DNA of 64,000 nucleotides, taken from Verrucomicrobiota bacterium. Lineage in GTDB: Bacteria > Verrucomicrobiota > Verrucomicrobiia > Opitutales > Seribacteraceae. The position numbers and the translations under genes are program-made. Numbering within the stretch: position 1 is the stretch's first letter; every line of letters starts with the position of its first letter. The notes below the pieces were generated by a model. That model saw nothing but the letters and a program-made list of their open reading frames with translations. It was not told where the DNA came from and did not search any database. Positions 1 to 9,728 of this stretch are shown piece by piece. The DNA lies in the NCBI GenBank assembly GCA_027622665.1, contig JAQBYT010000007.1, positions 80,299 to 144,298 on the forward strand, written 5' to 3'.

Positions 1-100
1 ATAGGAGCGGAAAGAATATTCTTAGCGGACCGCGACGTCGTTCATAGATGTCGAGGATCGTGTGAAGTGAATCTCGCCAAATCGCGACGATGCGGGCCAT
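1..100 (-). CDS. Possible 5' end of a hypothetical protein running off the window
   Basis: ATG at 100, 13 bp after the stop of the oxidoreductase; open frame MARIVAIWRDSLHTILDIYERRRGPLRIFFPLL to the edge. Confidence 0.4.
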   Translation of the reverse strand, partial: MARIVAIWRDSLHTILDIYERRRGPLRIFFPLL

Positions 101-113
101 GATCGATTCGGAA

Positions 114-1073
114 TTATTCGATGACGACGTGACGTTCCTCTTCGACGGAGGTTTCGCAGGCTTCGATGATCTTCATGCAGGTCACGGCATCGTCCAAAGT
201 AGAAAGTGGCTCTTCGCCAAGCCCGACCACTTTTTCAATGAAATGCTTGCCTGTTGCCCGGATGGTATAGGGGTAGGCGGAATAGGTTTGCGAATGGACT
301 ACGGCGGGTGTGTTTTCGACCCAGTCTCGGTAGCTGTAGCGAGTGGCTCCCTTGGTGCCGATCACCTTGATCATGAAGGTCCAGGGATCGCTCGCATGGT
401 CGTCGGCGGCGAAACTGGCGCAAAGGTGGGAGAGGGCCCCGTTCTTCATTTTCAAGGTGGCCATGGCAATGTTTTCCTGAGGAACGGAACCGTCGTTGAC
501 AGTGGCTTTCATGCAGGAAACCTTTTCCGGTTCTCCCACTGCGTAGAGGGTACAGTAGGCATGGTGAGTGAGGATTTGTCGAATTACGCCCGGATATCGC
601 GCTGCCACCTCTTCGGGATGGTGGATGTTGTAGAGAACGTATACGGCGACCAAGTCGCCCAGTTTTCCACTTTCAATTAGATCCTTGGCCCGCATGACGC
701 TTGGCTCGTATATGTAGTTGTGTACGGGAGCGATCTTTACGCCCTTGGCGGCGGCGGCTTCCTTCATCTCGAGGATTTCGTCAATGGTGATGGCTGTCGG
801 CTTTTCCACGAGTACGTGACAACCACGTTCGATAGCCATCAGGGAATATTCGTGATGAGTCTCCATGTTCGTGAGTACGTAGACAACGTCCACGGCTTCC
901 ATGAGGGATTCGGGAGAGTCGAACACTTGGCAGCCGAACAAGGCGGCCTTCTCGTCTGCTCGCGAACGAGTGCGGTTCCAGATGCCGACCAGTTCGGCTC
1001 CGCGCGTTTCCTTGACCCCCTCGGCGTGCAACAGCGAGATATCTCCCGCACCAATGAATCCTACCTTTGTCAT
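114..1073 (-). CDS. Gfo/Idh/MocA family oxidoreductase
   Basis: KVGFIGAGDIS Rossmann motif and HVLVEKP motif; start taken at MTKVGF. Confidence 0.9.
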   Translation of the reverse strand: MTKVGFIGAGDISLLHAEGVKETRGAELVGIWNRTRSRADEKAALFGCQVFDSPESLMEAVDVVYVLTNMETHHEYSLMAIERGCHVLVEKPTAITIDEILEMKEAAAAKGVKIAPVHNYIYEPSVMRAKDLIESGKLGDLVAVYVLYNIHHPEEVAARYPGVIRQILTHHAYCTLYAVGEPEKVSCMKATVNDGSVPQENIAMATLKMKNGALSHLCASFAADDHASDPWTFMIKVIGTKGATRYSYRDWVENTPAVVHSQTYSAYPYTIRATGKHFIEKVVGLGEEPLSTLDDAVTCMKIIEACETSVEEERHVVIE

Positions 1074-1181
1074 AATGGAACTTTCATTTTGTAAAACGTT
1101 AGCCATAATGGATTTTCTCGTCAAAGGAAGTAAACTCTTTTGTCTTTCCACTCTTCCTCCATCGCGCATCGTGCAAATGAC

Positions 1182-3743
1182 ATGAGTGACAAGGAACTCA
1201 ATACTTCGCGTTTCAGGAGAGTTTGCCTACGGCTTCTTCTCGGCATCTTCCTATTGCTGGTATGCGGTTTGTCGATCCTATGGTGGCGTTTGCCGAGATT
1301 GCTCGAGCATTATACTGCGAAAGAGGCTGAAGAGGTGGGTTTTCATGAGCCGACAGTCGTTATCGAGCAAGTCGATGTTTCACCTAAGGGTTCTTCCATA
1401 ACGGGTCTTCGCTTGTCGGATGATAAAACGGACCTGACTTTAGCCAGACTGGCTGTTGCCTACGATTTGGATAAAGTCCTCGATGGAGTGGTCGAAAAAC
1501 TGGAATTGTTCGACCTTCGCCTTGTATTGGATATGCAAGCGTGGGTCGAAGAGTTGACCGAACCTTCCTTAACCGATGAAACCATCGAGGAACAAATTCG
1601 TTTGTTTTTGGAGCAGCCCGCCTTCCGGGATCTCCAACTTCATGACGCGAACGTTACCTTGAATTATGGCGATTCTCAAGGTCGTGCTCGGGTCGATGCA
1701 CGCCTGTCGGCAGGATCGAGTTCAATCAGCCTAGACATCAATGGTTCTATCGGAGAGGCGCCTATTTCCGTTCTGGCCGGCTTTGTTGCTGACGAGAATG
1801 CTACTTCGTTGAGTTCTCATTTTGGTTTTGCCGACCTAGTCGCCTTGAAAAAGGCAATGGCTACGTGGTCATTGCCATACGAGCTTGATGGATTTTCGCT
1901 TTTGAGCGGTTTCGCTTTGATCGAAGGCAAGGCAGGCATTCGTGGCGATTCCCTGGTCTCTCCCTCATTCGACGTAAATGCCGGCGACCTTTCTCTTACG
2001 GCACTGGGGCAAACCCTGCGAATCCCCCACTTGTTTATATCCGCCTCGGAAACCGGTGACGGGAAGTGGAAAATAGATGCAAATGGGACAACCGAGGCAA
2101 ACGCCACGGGCATAGGCGAGAACTGGGCTGTCGAGGCTTTCCTTGATTCCAATGCCTGTGAAGCTACTCTCAGCGTGGATCAATTTCATACATTTGCCCC
2201 CTTGCCGACAATGACCTTGAGCCAACTGCGTCTGCCCCCATGGCGAATTTTATATGCCGATCCTACTCGACTTCCTCTCGGCGAAAGTAAAACCCTTCGG
2301 TTTGACGACTTCTCTTTCACCGAGGGAGACTTTGTCTTCAATCTCTACGAGGGGGAGCTTACCGTTGCTTTTCCCGAGAGTGGGGAAGCCTTTGGCGTGC
2401 AACTCGCTCCTACTGATGCAGTCCTTCCTCTGCAAGGCGTCGTTTTTCGTAACTTTTCCTACACGGGAGTGGTCGAACCTTTCCGCGAACCCTACCTGTC
2501 TTTTCCGCAAAGAATTAAGGGTGACAGCATCATTCTTGGAGAGGAATCGCTCGTCTCCAACGTTGCGTTGTCGTTTCACCTCCTTGACCTGAGCAAGGGG
2601 TTCGTTGATTCGTTGGCTTTCACTTTCGACGGTTCCGTCTACGAACTGAATCCTGCCAAGCTCACCATTGAGCAATTCGAGAATGGAAGCGTGTCCATCG
2701 ACCTTAATGCTACCACCTTCCATATTCCCGACCTTCCCGTAAAAGTGGAAGGTGTTAGGGGCGAAATCACCCTCTCAGCCATTGATCCCCTTTCGACTTC
2801 AGGTTTTCAAGAATTGTGTTTCGACGCCGTTCACTACGGGGATAGCGAGGAAGCTCTCGTTTCCGATGTTGCGTTGTCGTTTCACCTCCTTGACCTAAGC
2901 AAGGCTATGGTTGATTCGTTGGCTTTCACTTTCGACGATTCCTCCTACGAACTGAATCCTGCCAAGATCACCATTGAGCAATTCGAGAATAGGAGCGTGT
3001 CCATCGACATTAACGCTTCCACCTTCAATGTACCCGATCTCTCCGTAAAAGCGGAAGGTATTAGGAGCACAATTACTCTCTCTTCCCTTGATCCAGTTGT
3101 TACTGCGGGTTCTCAAGAATTGCGTTTCGACGCTATTCGCTATGGAGACCTTTCCCTCCTCGACGTTCGCCTCCTGTTTTCTCTCGAAGCCAATGGAACC
3201 TTCGCACTCCATGACGGGAATGCCAGCTTATTTGGCGGCGAAGTCGTTTTCGAACCGACTCGCTTTAAGTTGGAGGACAAAGAAAAGAAATTGGCCATTC
3301 GCTTGCGTGACGTCGACGGCAGTCGAGTTGTCGCTCTCCTCAAGAAGTTCGACGGTGAAATCGAAGGAAAATTCTCAGGGCTGATCCCTCTGAGCAATCG
3401 AGACGGAGCATGGGATTACGTCGGAGGTTATCTCGAACTTAATCCGGGGACTCCCGGCCGTCTTCGCTACCGTTCGGATGGCATTCTTACTTCCGACATG
3501 AAACCGGGGTCAGCCGAATTCAAACGATTGCGGCAAGTTGAGGTGGCGCTTAAGGACTTGGACGTGAAATATCTTCGGCTTGATTTTCTGCTTGAAGATG
3601 AGCAGAGGCGAATCTTGGGCGACGTTCAAGGCAAATCTCAGATCGATAAAAAAACGACTATAAACCTTGATTACCGTCCCAAGATTCTTGCCGGATTCGA
3701 TGAACTTCTTCAATTGGACTCCAAGGCTTTCGGGCTGGATTGA
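1182..3743 (+). CDS. ydbH: YdbH-family (AsmA-like) intermembrane lipid-bridge protein
   Basis: N-terminal TM anchor, beta-rich body, C-terminal GKFSGLIPL...PGRLRY...ALKDLDVKYL segment; followed by ynbE- and ydbL-like genes. Confidence 0.8.
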   Translation: MSDKELNTSRFRRVCLRLLLGIFLLLVCGLSILWWRLPRLLEHYTAKEAEEVGFHEPTVVIEQVDVSPKGSSITGLRLSDDKTDLTLARLAVAYDLDKVLDGVVEKLELFDLRLVLDMQAWVEELTEPSLTDETIEEQIRLFLEQPAFRDLQLHDANVTLNYGDSQGRARVDARLSAGSSSISLDINGSIGEAPISVLAGFVADENATSLSSHFGFADLVALKKAMATWSLPYELDGFSLLSGFALIEGKAGIRGDSLVSPSFDVNAGDLSLTALGQTLRIPHLFISASETGDGKWKIDANGTTEANATGIGENWAVEAFLDSNACEATLSVDQFHTFAPLPTMTLSQLRLPPWRILYADPTRLPLGESKTLRFDDFSFTEGDFVFNLYEGELTVAFPESGEAFGVQLAPTDAVLPLQGVVFRNFSYTGVVEPFREPYLSFPQRIKGDSIILGEESLVSNVALSFHLLDLSKGFVDSLAFTFDGSVYELNPAKLTIEQFENGSVSIDLNATTFHIPDLPVKVEGVRGEITLSAIDPLSTSGFQELCFDAVHYGDSEEALVSDVALSFHLLDLSKAMVDSLAFTFDDSSYELNPAKITIEQFENRSVSIDINASTFNVPDLSVKAEGIRSTITLSSLDPVVTAGSQELRFDAIRYGDLSLLDVRLLFSLEANGTFALHDGNASLFGGEVVFEPTRFKLEDKEKKLAIRLRDVDGSRVVALLKKFDGEIEGKFSGLIPLSNRDGAWDYVGGYLELNPGTPGRLRYRSDGILTSDMKPGSAEFKRLRQVEVALKDLDVKYLRLDFLLEDEQRRILGDVQGKSQIDKKTTINLDYRPKILAGFDELLQLDSKAFGLD

Positions 3744-3809
3744 ACAACATTCTGTTTTTTTCCAAAATCCAGTTGCGCGGAAGCCTCTTCCACGAGTAAG
3801 TTTTATTCC

Positions 3810-4013
3810 ATGCTATCAACTACGCGATTGTCTTTCATTTTTGCTGTCCTCGCATTCGTGGGTTGCACGACCATTAAGACTGAACACCACATTACCCTCG
3901 ACCACAACATCACCATCAAGATCGAAAAGGAAGTGAACAGTTTCTTGGACGACCTTTATGGGGATTTAGATACTGAGGAAAACAATGCCGAAAACGGCAA
4001 AAAACCGGAGTGA
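3810..4013 (+). CDS. ynbE: YnbE-like lipoprotein
   Basis: Lipobox FVGC, then TIKTEHHITLDHNITIKIEKEVNSFLDDLY; synteny with ydbH. Confidence 0.75.
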   Translation: MLSTTRLSFIFAVLAFVGCTTIKTEHHITLDHNITIKIEKEVNSFLDDLYGDLDTEENNAENGKKPE

Positions 4014-4017
4014 GACC

Positions 4018-4389
4018 ATGAGACAAGTCCTAGAATTAATTTATTTTGCTGCATGCCTGCTAATGTTTGCCGGAACTAGTTTCGGCAAATCCGATCTCAA
4101 GGATCGCATGAAGGAACGATTGCCGGAAGTCCTCGCGGCAAAGAAAGCCGGTACGGTGGGAGAGGGGAGTGATGGTCGAGTTCATGTCCGTCCATCCGCC
4201 GGTGACGTTGAGGTCAAACTAGCCAAGGCCGAGAATGCCGATCGATCCACTTACTTTATTGAAACGGCGAAGGCAGACAAGGAGATCTCTCCCTCGGACA
4301 TAGCCAAACTGTTCGCTAAGGGAATGTGGGCCAAAGGTAGTAAAGGCCATTGGTATCGCAGTTCGAAAGGCAGTTGGTCGCAGAAGTGA
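4018..4389 (+). CDS. ydbL: YdbL/DUF1318 family protein
   Basis: Signal peptide, KKAGTVGEGSDG, AENADR and GHWY...GSWSQK motifs; synteny. Confidence 0.8.
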   Translation: MRQVLELIYFAACLLMFAGTSFGKSDLKDRMKERLPEVLAAKKAGTVGEGSDGRVHVRPSAGDVEVKLAKAENADRSTYFIETAKADKEISPSDIAKLFAKGMWAKGSKGHWYRSSKGSWSQK

Positions 4390-4925
4390 CCACGAGAGCG
4401 GTAAATCGAAAAGTTGCAATATCATCGGCTTTTTTTCTTCTGTTAGGGTTCGGTTGCCGCAATTCTCCTTATGAGCAGTTTGCCTTTGGCGAGCCCGTCG
4501 TCTTGAGAGAAGACGCCCCTTTAGTTCGTGAAAACCTAACTGACACTCAATCCATTCTTAACGATTCTCGCCGCGAGGTGGATATGGCCCGTTTGCGGGT
4601 GGAATGGCTTTCCGCAGAAAAAAACTTGGCCGATGCCCAACTGGTCGCAGCCGAGACTCGAGAGCGGCAAGACGGTTTAGCCGTTAAATATGCTCGATTC
4701 CTTGAACTGGATGCCCGTGTTCCGGGCGACAAAGGGCCTGTAGCTCCCGAAGTCATGTCGGTGTGGGAGAACAAGCTTCGTCAATATGCGGCCCAAACGG
4801 CTCGTAGCGAGGCAAAGGTGCGTTTGTCCTTGCGTCGAGTCAAACCTCTGCGCCAAAAAGCTATGGTTGCAGGACTTCTTGCGGATAGGCCGCAAACCGT
4901 TCCGCTAGAAGAAAACGAACCTTAG
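4386..4925 (+). CDS. Hypothetical coiled-coil lipoprotein
   Basis: GTG overlapping the upstream stop, lipobox-like LGFGC, helical body. Confidence 0.6.
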   Translation: MTTRAVNRKVAISSAFFLLLGFGCRNSPYEQFAFGEPVVLREDAPLVRENLTDTQSILNDSRREVDMARLRVEWLSAEKNLADAQLVAAETRERQDGLAVKYARFLELDARVPGDKGPVAPEVMSVWENKLRQYAAQTARSEAKVRLSLRRVKPLRQKAMVAGLLADRPQTVPLEENEP

Positions 4926-4960
4926 GACTTTTCTTCGGGAGTGCTGGCGGGAGTTGTACA

Positions 4961-5248
4961 ATGGACGAGGTGTGGGAAATCATTAATCACATAGGGCAGG
5001 AACCACTCCTGCTCTGGTCTGCTGCAGTGTTGTCTGTCTTTCTTCTCGTGGGTATTTTGAAGCGAGTGCTTTCCATTATTGTTTCTTGTGCGATTTTGAT
5101 CATTCTATACCTCGTGTACCTTACTTATTTTGAGGAAGAGTTCCCCCTGCCCGAGGCAGACGTTGGCGAATGGATAAAGATCGGTGAGAATTGGCTCGAC
5201 TCCAAACCCGAGCGGGTTCTCGACGACAACGAGACCACTTCCGAGTGA
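4961..5248 (+). CDS. Hypothetical membrane protein (2 TM)
   Basis: Two hydrophobic segments; lies within the operon. Confidence 0.65.
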   Translation: MDEVWEIINHIGQEPLLLWSAAVLSVFLLVGILKRVLSIIVSCAILIILYLVYLTYFEEEFPLPEADVGEWIKIGENWLDSKPERVLDDNETTSE

Positions 5249-5285
5249 ACAACTGCCGGACCAATAGCTCATCTTTACAGGCCAA

Positions 5286-6902
5286 ATGAAGTTACCTTGG
5301 GCTTTTTATCTTTCTTGGAAGCATCTGTTTCCTACGGGACGAGGTGTTTCTTTCTTTTCGGTTCTTTCCGTTTTTGGAGTGGCCTTGGGGGTAAACGTCA
5401 TGATCGTCGTTGTCGCCTTCATGAATGGGTTTCAGGATAAGTTCCGCACCGACATAATCGATTCCCAAGGACATGCCCGGGCGGAAATGTCATACGGTTC
5501 CTCCGGCGACTGGAAAGACGACATGGCGAAACTGGAGTCTCAACCTAAGGTGCAAGCCGTAGCCCCTTATCTAAATGGACACTTGCTCTTGGAGCATTTT
5601 GGCAATCGCGCCGTCCCCCTTGCCATGGGTGTGGATCCGATTCGAGGAGATGCGGTGATACCCGTTTCAGAATTTCTAGCAGAGGGTTCTCCCAAGATGC
5701 TGGCCGAGGAAGCTTTCCAAATCACCCCTCTTCCTGTTGTCGACGACCTCCAAGACGACGTCGTATTCCTGAGCCGACAGGCTGCGCATAAATTGGGAGC
5801 CCATCCCGCCGCAGCCATTTTGACTGTCGATCACAATTCCAGTTCGATCAGGGCGGGCAACGGAACAATCGTTCTTCGTAAGCTTGACCCTTTTGTTGAA
5901 TCGGGAACTTGGCAAGTGCGTTTTGAAGACAATGCAAGTTATCGCATTACTGATCCCTATGATGAGGAATGGGAAGATCTTTTTTTAGTGACGGAGAAAA
6001 ACGAGAATCTTGGGGAAGGGATTCCCGTATTCGAGATCACGCCCGGTTCGACTCCCTTTGCCAAGGGCGACCTGTTCACCTTTGAGATATTCGGGGCCTC
6101 CGTCATCGACGTATACTCTCCCGCCATGTTGCAGAAAGCAAAGAACGATGAATTGTTGCCTCCGCGTCAAGTGAGAGTCGGCGGCATTTTCGAGGTCCCG
6201 TGGCAAGGCTTTCACTTGGATGCCCTGTTCGGTACACTTCGGTTCATGCAGGAAATGAACGACCAAGCGGGCGTTGTTCACGGGTTCAATCTCAAGTTTG
6301 TCCCCGAGGTTGCATCCGACACGCAAGCGTTGGCCGATGCCTGCATGAACATCCGCTCCTCCTTGGGCGAGAATTGGAGTGTGGTTCCATGGTTCGTGGA
6401 GAATGCCTGGTTTTTTGATCTTCTAAAATTCGAGGAGTACCTCATGGTGCTGATCATGGTTCCCATTGGTTTGGTCGCAGCCTTCGCGATAGCTATAGCT
6501 CTTATGACTTCCGTTGTCCGCAAGACCCGTGAAATCGGTTTGCTCGTGGCCATGGGTGGTTCTCGTCTTTCGGTCGGAACGGTCTTTACCATGCAGGGAT
6601 TCGTCATCGGACTGTTGGGGACTGTCGTCGGTTGGGGGATGGCCCTGCTCTTCATTTGCTACAGGGATACTCTCATGAGCTTCATCGTGCGCAACATTGC
6701 CGGTGAGGAAGGCGGTGCAGGGGTGGCTCAGTTCTATGACTTCTACAGCTTGAACGTTCCCTATCCGTGGGATTCCGCCGATAGTTTGCAGAACTTCCTT
6801 ATATTTGGAGCCTTTGCGGTGGGGGTCTCCACCTTGGCTGGGTTTTTACCTGCTTGGAAAGCGGCTCGCCTCAACCCTTCGGAGGCTTTGCGAAGTGAGT
6901 GA
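5286..6902 (+). CDS. lolC: Lipoprotein-releasing ABC transporter permease LolC/E
   Basis: GVALGVNVMIVVVAFMNGF, KTREIGLLVAMG and PAWKAARLNPSEALRSE motifs. Confidence 0.9.
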   Translation: MKLPWAFYLSWKHLFPTGRGVSFFSVLSVFGVALGVNVMIVVVAFMNGFQDKFRTDIIDSQGHARAEMSYGSSGDWKDDMAKLESQPKVQAVAPYLNGHLLLEHFGNRAVPLAMGVDPIRGDAVIPVSEFLAEGSPKMLAEEAFQITPLPVVDDLQDDVVFLSRQAAHKLGAHPAAAILTVDHNSSSIRAGNGTIVLRKLDPFVESGTWQVRFEDNASYRITDPYDEEWEDLFLVTEKNENLGEGIPVFEITPGSTPFAKGDLFTFEIFGASVIDVYSPAMLQKAKNDELLPPRQVRVGGIFEVPWQGFHLDALFGTLRFMQEMNDQAGVVHGFNLKFVPEVASDTQALADACMNIRSSLGENWSVVPWFVENAWFFDLLKFEEYLMVLIMVPIGLVAAFAIAIALMTSVVRKTREIGLLVAMGGSRLSVGTVFTMQGFVIGLLGTVVGWGMALLFICYRDTLMSFIVRNIAGEEGGAGVAQFYDFYSLNVPYPWDSADSLQNFLIFGAFAVGVSTLAGFLPAWKAARLNPSEALRSE

Positions 6903-7593
6903 GGATAAGGAACGGTTCGTTTTGGAAGCGAAAGGTTTGGCCAAGACCTTTCCTTACGGAGAAGAGCGTATAAAGGTCTTGGTCGATGCCGACTTGAGTG
7001 TCGTTGTAGGTCGTTCCATCAGTATCCGAGGTGAGTCGGGTTGCGGAAAAACTACGCTTCTCAACCTGTTGGCGAGATTAGACTTTGCGGATACGGGGGA
7101 ACTTTATTGGAACGGCGAATTCCATGATCCGAAGTTGCCGCCGGGACCACGAGATGCCGCACGGCGAGCCTGCCTTATCGGTGTCGTGTATCAAGCCTAT
7201 TACCTCATTCCCGAGATGAACGTTTTGGAAAACGTATTGTTGGCCGCCCGACTAGCCGGATCAATGGGCAAGGATGCCAAGCAACGAGCTCGCGAACTTT
7301 TGGATCGCGTGGGGGTAAGCAACCGTGAACGACAATTACCTCAGAAACTCTCAGGCGGCGAACGTCAGCGTGTGGCCATCGCCCGTGCCTTGCTCAATCG
7401 CCCCAAGGTGATTATGGCCGACGAACCCACGGGCAACTTGGACGAGCGTTCCGCCGGCGACGTCATGGAACTTCTCTTGGAAGCGTGTCGTGAAGAGGAG
7501 GCTGGTCTTGTTCTCGTCACCCATAACCCGTCCTTCGCTAAGGCAACCGACGAGGCTTTTAACCTAGTAAAGGGCGAGCTGAGTCCCGCATGA
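6895..7593 (+). CDS. lolD: Lipoprotein-releasing ABC transporter ATP-binding protein
   Basis: Walker A GESGCGKT, LSGGERQRVAIARAL, ADEPTGNLD; GTG start overlaps lolC. Confidence 0.9.
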   Translation: MSEDKERFVLEAKGLAKTFPYGEERIKVLVDADLSVVVGRSISIRGESGCGKTTLLNLLARLDFADTGELYWNGEFHDPKLPPGPRDAARRACLIGVVYQAYYLIPEMNVLENVLLAARLAGSMGKDAKQRARELLDRVGVSNRERQLPQKLSGGERQRVAIARALLNRPKVIMADEPTGNLDERSAGDVMELLLEACREEEAGLVLVTHNPSFAKATDEAFNLVKGELSPA

Positions 7594-7600
7594 AAATTCA

Positions 7601-8548
7601 ATGACTGTTCACGAAAACATTTCTAATCCCCTGCGTTGCGGTGTCGTGGGCGTCGGGTATCTTGGCAGGCATCACGCTCGCATCTATAACGATCTCGAAG
7701 ATTGCGAGCTGGTTGGCATCCTCGACACTAACGACGAGGCCGCAGTCGAAGCTTGCGAGAAGTACGGTTGCAAGCGATTCGAGAGTCTAGAAGAGATGGG
7801 TGCTGCCTGCGAAGCCGTCAGCGTGGTAGCGCCGACCGACCTTCACGCCGAGGTGGCTCTGCCCTTGCTTGAGGCGGGTTGCCATCTTTTGGTCGAAAAA
7901 CCTCTTTGCACTTCTACCGAGGAAGCCGAAGCCATCGTGAACAAGGCGGAGGAACATGATCGCATCGTACAAGTAGGGCACATCGAGCACTACAACCCCG
8001 TCATGGCTTTTCTAGAGGAGGCGGTTTGCTCCCCACGATATTTGACCGTCGAAAGATTGGCGCCTTTTCAGTCTCGCGGGACCGAGGTCGGCGTGGTGCT
8101 AGATCTTATGATCCACGATGTCGGGATCGCCATGGCTTTGGTCGATTCAACCATTGATCGCATCGAGGCCATCGGCGTCAAGGTGCTCTCTCCGACAGAG
8201 GATATTGCGAATGCTCGTATCACCTTCGTCAATGGTTGCGTGGCCAACCTGAATGCCAGCCGGGTGAGTGAAAAGAAGGCTCGCGAGATTCGCGTGTTTC
8301 AGGAAAGCGGATATCTTTCCCTCGATTTCATGAACCAGAAGGGGCATCTTATCGAAAAGGCTGCGACCGGCCTTGAAAAAAAAGACGTGCCCGTGGAACA
8401 AGGAGAACCCCTCGCAATCGAACTCGCTGAATTCGTTCGCTGCGTTAACCTTGCCGACAAGCCGAAAACCGACGTCCACTTCGGCAAATCGGCCCTCGCG
8501 GTCGCTTTGGAAATCACAAAGCTCATCCGCGATGGTTGGGACAAGTGA
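7601..8548 (+). CDS. Gfo/Idh/MocA oxidoreductase, GnnA-like (UDP-GlcNAc 3-dehydrogenase candidate)
   Basis: GVVGVGYLG, LLVEKP, QVGHIEHYNP, VVLDLMIHD; directly upstream of lpxB. Confidence 0.85.
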   Translation: MTVHENISNPLRCGVVGVGYLGRHHARIYNDLEDCELVGILDTNDEAAVEACEKYGCKRFESLEEMGAACEAVSVVAPTDLHAEVALPLLEAGCHLLVEKPLCTSTEEAEAIVNKAEEHDRIVQVGHIEHYNPVMAFLEEAVCSPRYLTVERLAPFQSRGTEVGVVLDLMIHDVGIAMALVDSTIDRIEAIGVKVLSPTEDIANARITFVNGCVANLNASRVSEKKAREIRVFQESGYLSLDFMNQKGHLIEKAATGLEKKDVPVEQGEPLAIELAEFVRCVNLADKPKTDVHFGKSALAVALEITKLIRDGWDK

Positions 8549-8558
8549 GGAATGATCC

Positions 8559-9728
8559 ATGTTTTCGGTATCGCCTGATGCTTCCTACGACCTGCTGATT
8601 ATTGCGGGTGAAGCTTCCGGCGACGAGCATGCTGCCCGGCTCTTGGACGACCTTCGGGTGAACCGACCGGACCTGAAGGTAGCCGCCATCGGCGGCCCGA
8701 AACTTCGAGATGCGGGGGCAAATCTTCTTTTCGACCTTACGCGCCACGCGGTCGTCGGCATATTCGAAGTTCTCAAGAACTACGGGTTCTTCAAGAAACT
8801 CATGTCGGATTCCTTGATCTGGATCGGGAAAGTGAGGCCCAAAGCCGTGCTGTTCGTTGATTATCCGGGTTTCAATTTACGTCTTGCCTCTTCGTTGCTT
8901 GACCAAGGAATTGCTAATAAGGGCGGGGGAGAGGTAAAGCTCTTGCAGTACGTCAGCCCTCAACTCTGGGCATGGAAGCCGAAACGCCGATTCAAGATGG
9001 CTCGTACCTTGGATGCCCTCGGCGTCATCTTTCCCTTCGAGGTCGAAACCTATGCCGACGTCGATCTCCCGGTCCGTTTCGTTGGTCATCCCTTTATTCG
9101 TGAGGATTACGAGCCGCACTTGCGTTACGATCCTGAGGCACCCGTTCTTCTCTTGCCGGGTAGTCGTCGTCAACCAGTCGCTCGTATCTTGCCCGTTTTA
9201 CTGGAGTCTTTTGCACATGTGTCCGGTAAGCGTCTTGGTTTGCGTGCGAAGATAGTAAGTCCTGCCGGCGAAGTCGGCGAACTGGCCCGGGAAATCCTGA
9301 ACCGTTTTTCCGAGCTGAAGGGACAGGTGAAAATTTTTTCCAACGATAAGGTCGCGAGCGGTTGTGCCGTCCTTACCAGTTCGGGCACCATGTCCCTCGC
9401 TTGCGCCTTGGCGGGTATTCCCGGAGCCATCGTCTATCGCGCCCATCCCATGACCTATTTGCTGGGACGGTTTCTCGTCAAGGTTCCATACCTCGGCATG
9501 GCCAACCTGCTCTTGCCGAAGTCTCCTCCCTATCCCGAGTTCATTCAGGGAGCGGCCCGGCCGTATACTCTGGCGAAACGCCTGGAGTCCTGTCTCGACG
9601 ACAATGACGAAGCGGAAAAGGCTATGGAAGCTTCCGCTTCGCTACGAAAGGTACTCTCTCAGCCTTCCGATGTTTCGGCGGTGGACTGGCTTCTTCAGGC
9701 AGGCGGGTTCGAGGAAAAGAGCAGTTGA
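8559..9728 (+). CDS. lpxB: Lipid-A-disaccharide synthase
   Basis: AGEASGD, VDYPGFN, YVSPQLWAW, FPFE, FVGHP, LLPGSR motifs. Confidence 0.95.
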   Translation: MFSVSPDASYDLLIIAGEASGDEHAARLLDDLRVNRPDLKVAAIGGPKLRDAGANLLFDLTRHAVVGIFEVLKNYGFFKKLMSDSLIWIGKVRPKAVLFVDYPGFNLRLASSLLDQGIANKGGGEVKLLQYVSPQLWAWKPKRRFKMARTLDALGVIFPFEVETYADVDLPVRFVGHPFIREDYEPHLRYDPEAPVLLLPGSRRQPVARILPVLLESFAHVSGKRLGLRAKIVSPAGEVGELAREILNRFSELKGQVKIFSNDKVASGCAVLTSSGTMSLACALAGIPGAIVYRAHPMTYLLGRFLVKVPYLGMANLLLPKSPPYPEFIQGAARPYTLAKRLESCLDDNDEAEKAMEASASLRKVLSQPSDVSAVDWLLQAGGFEEKSS

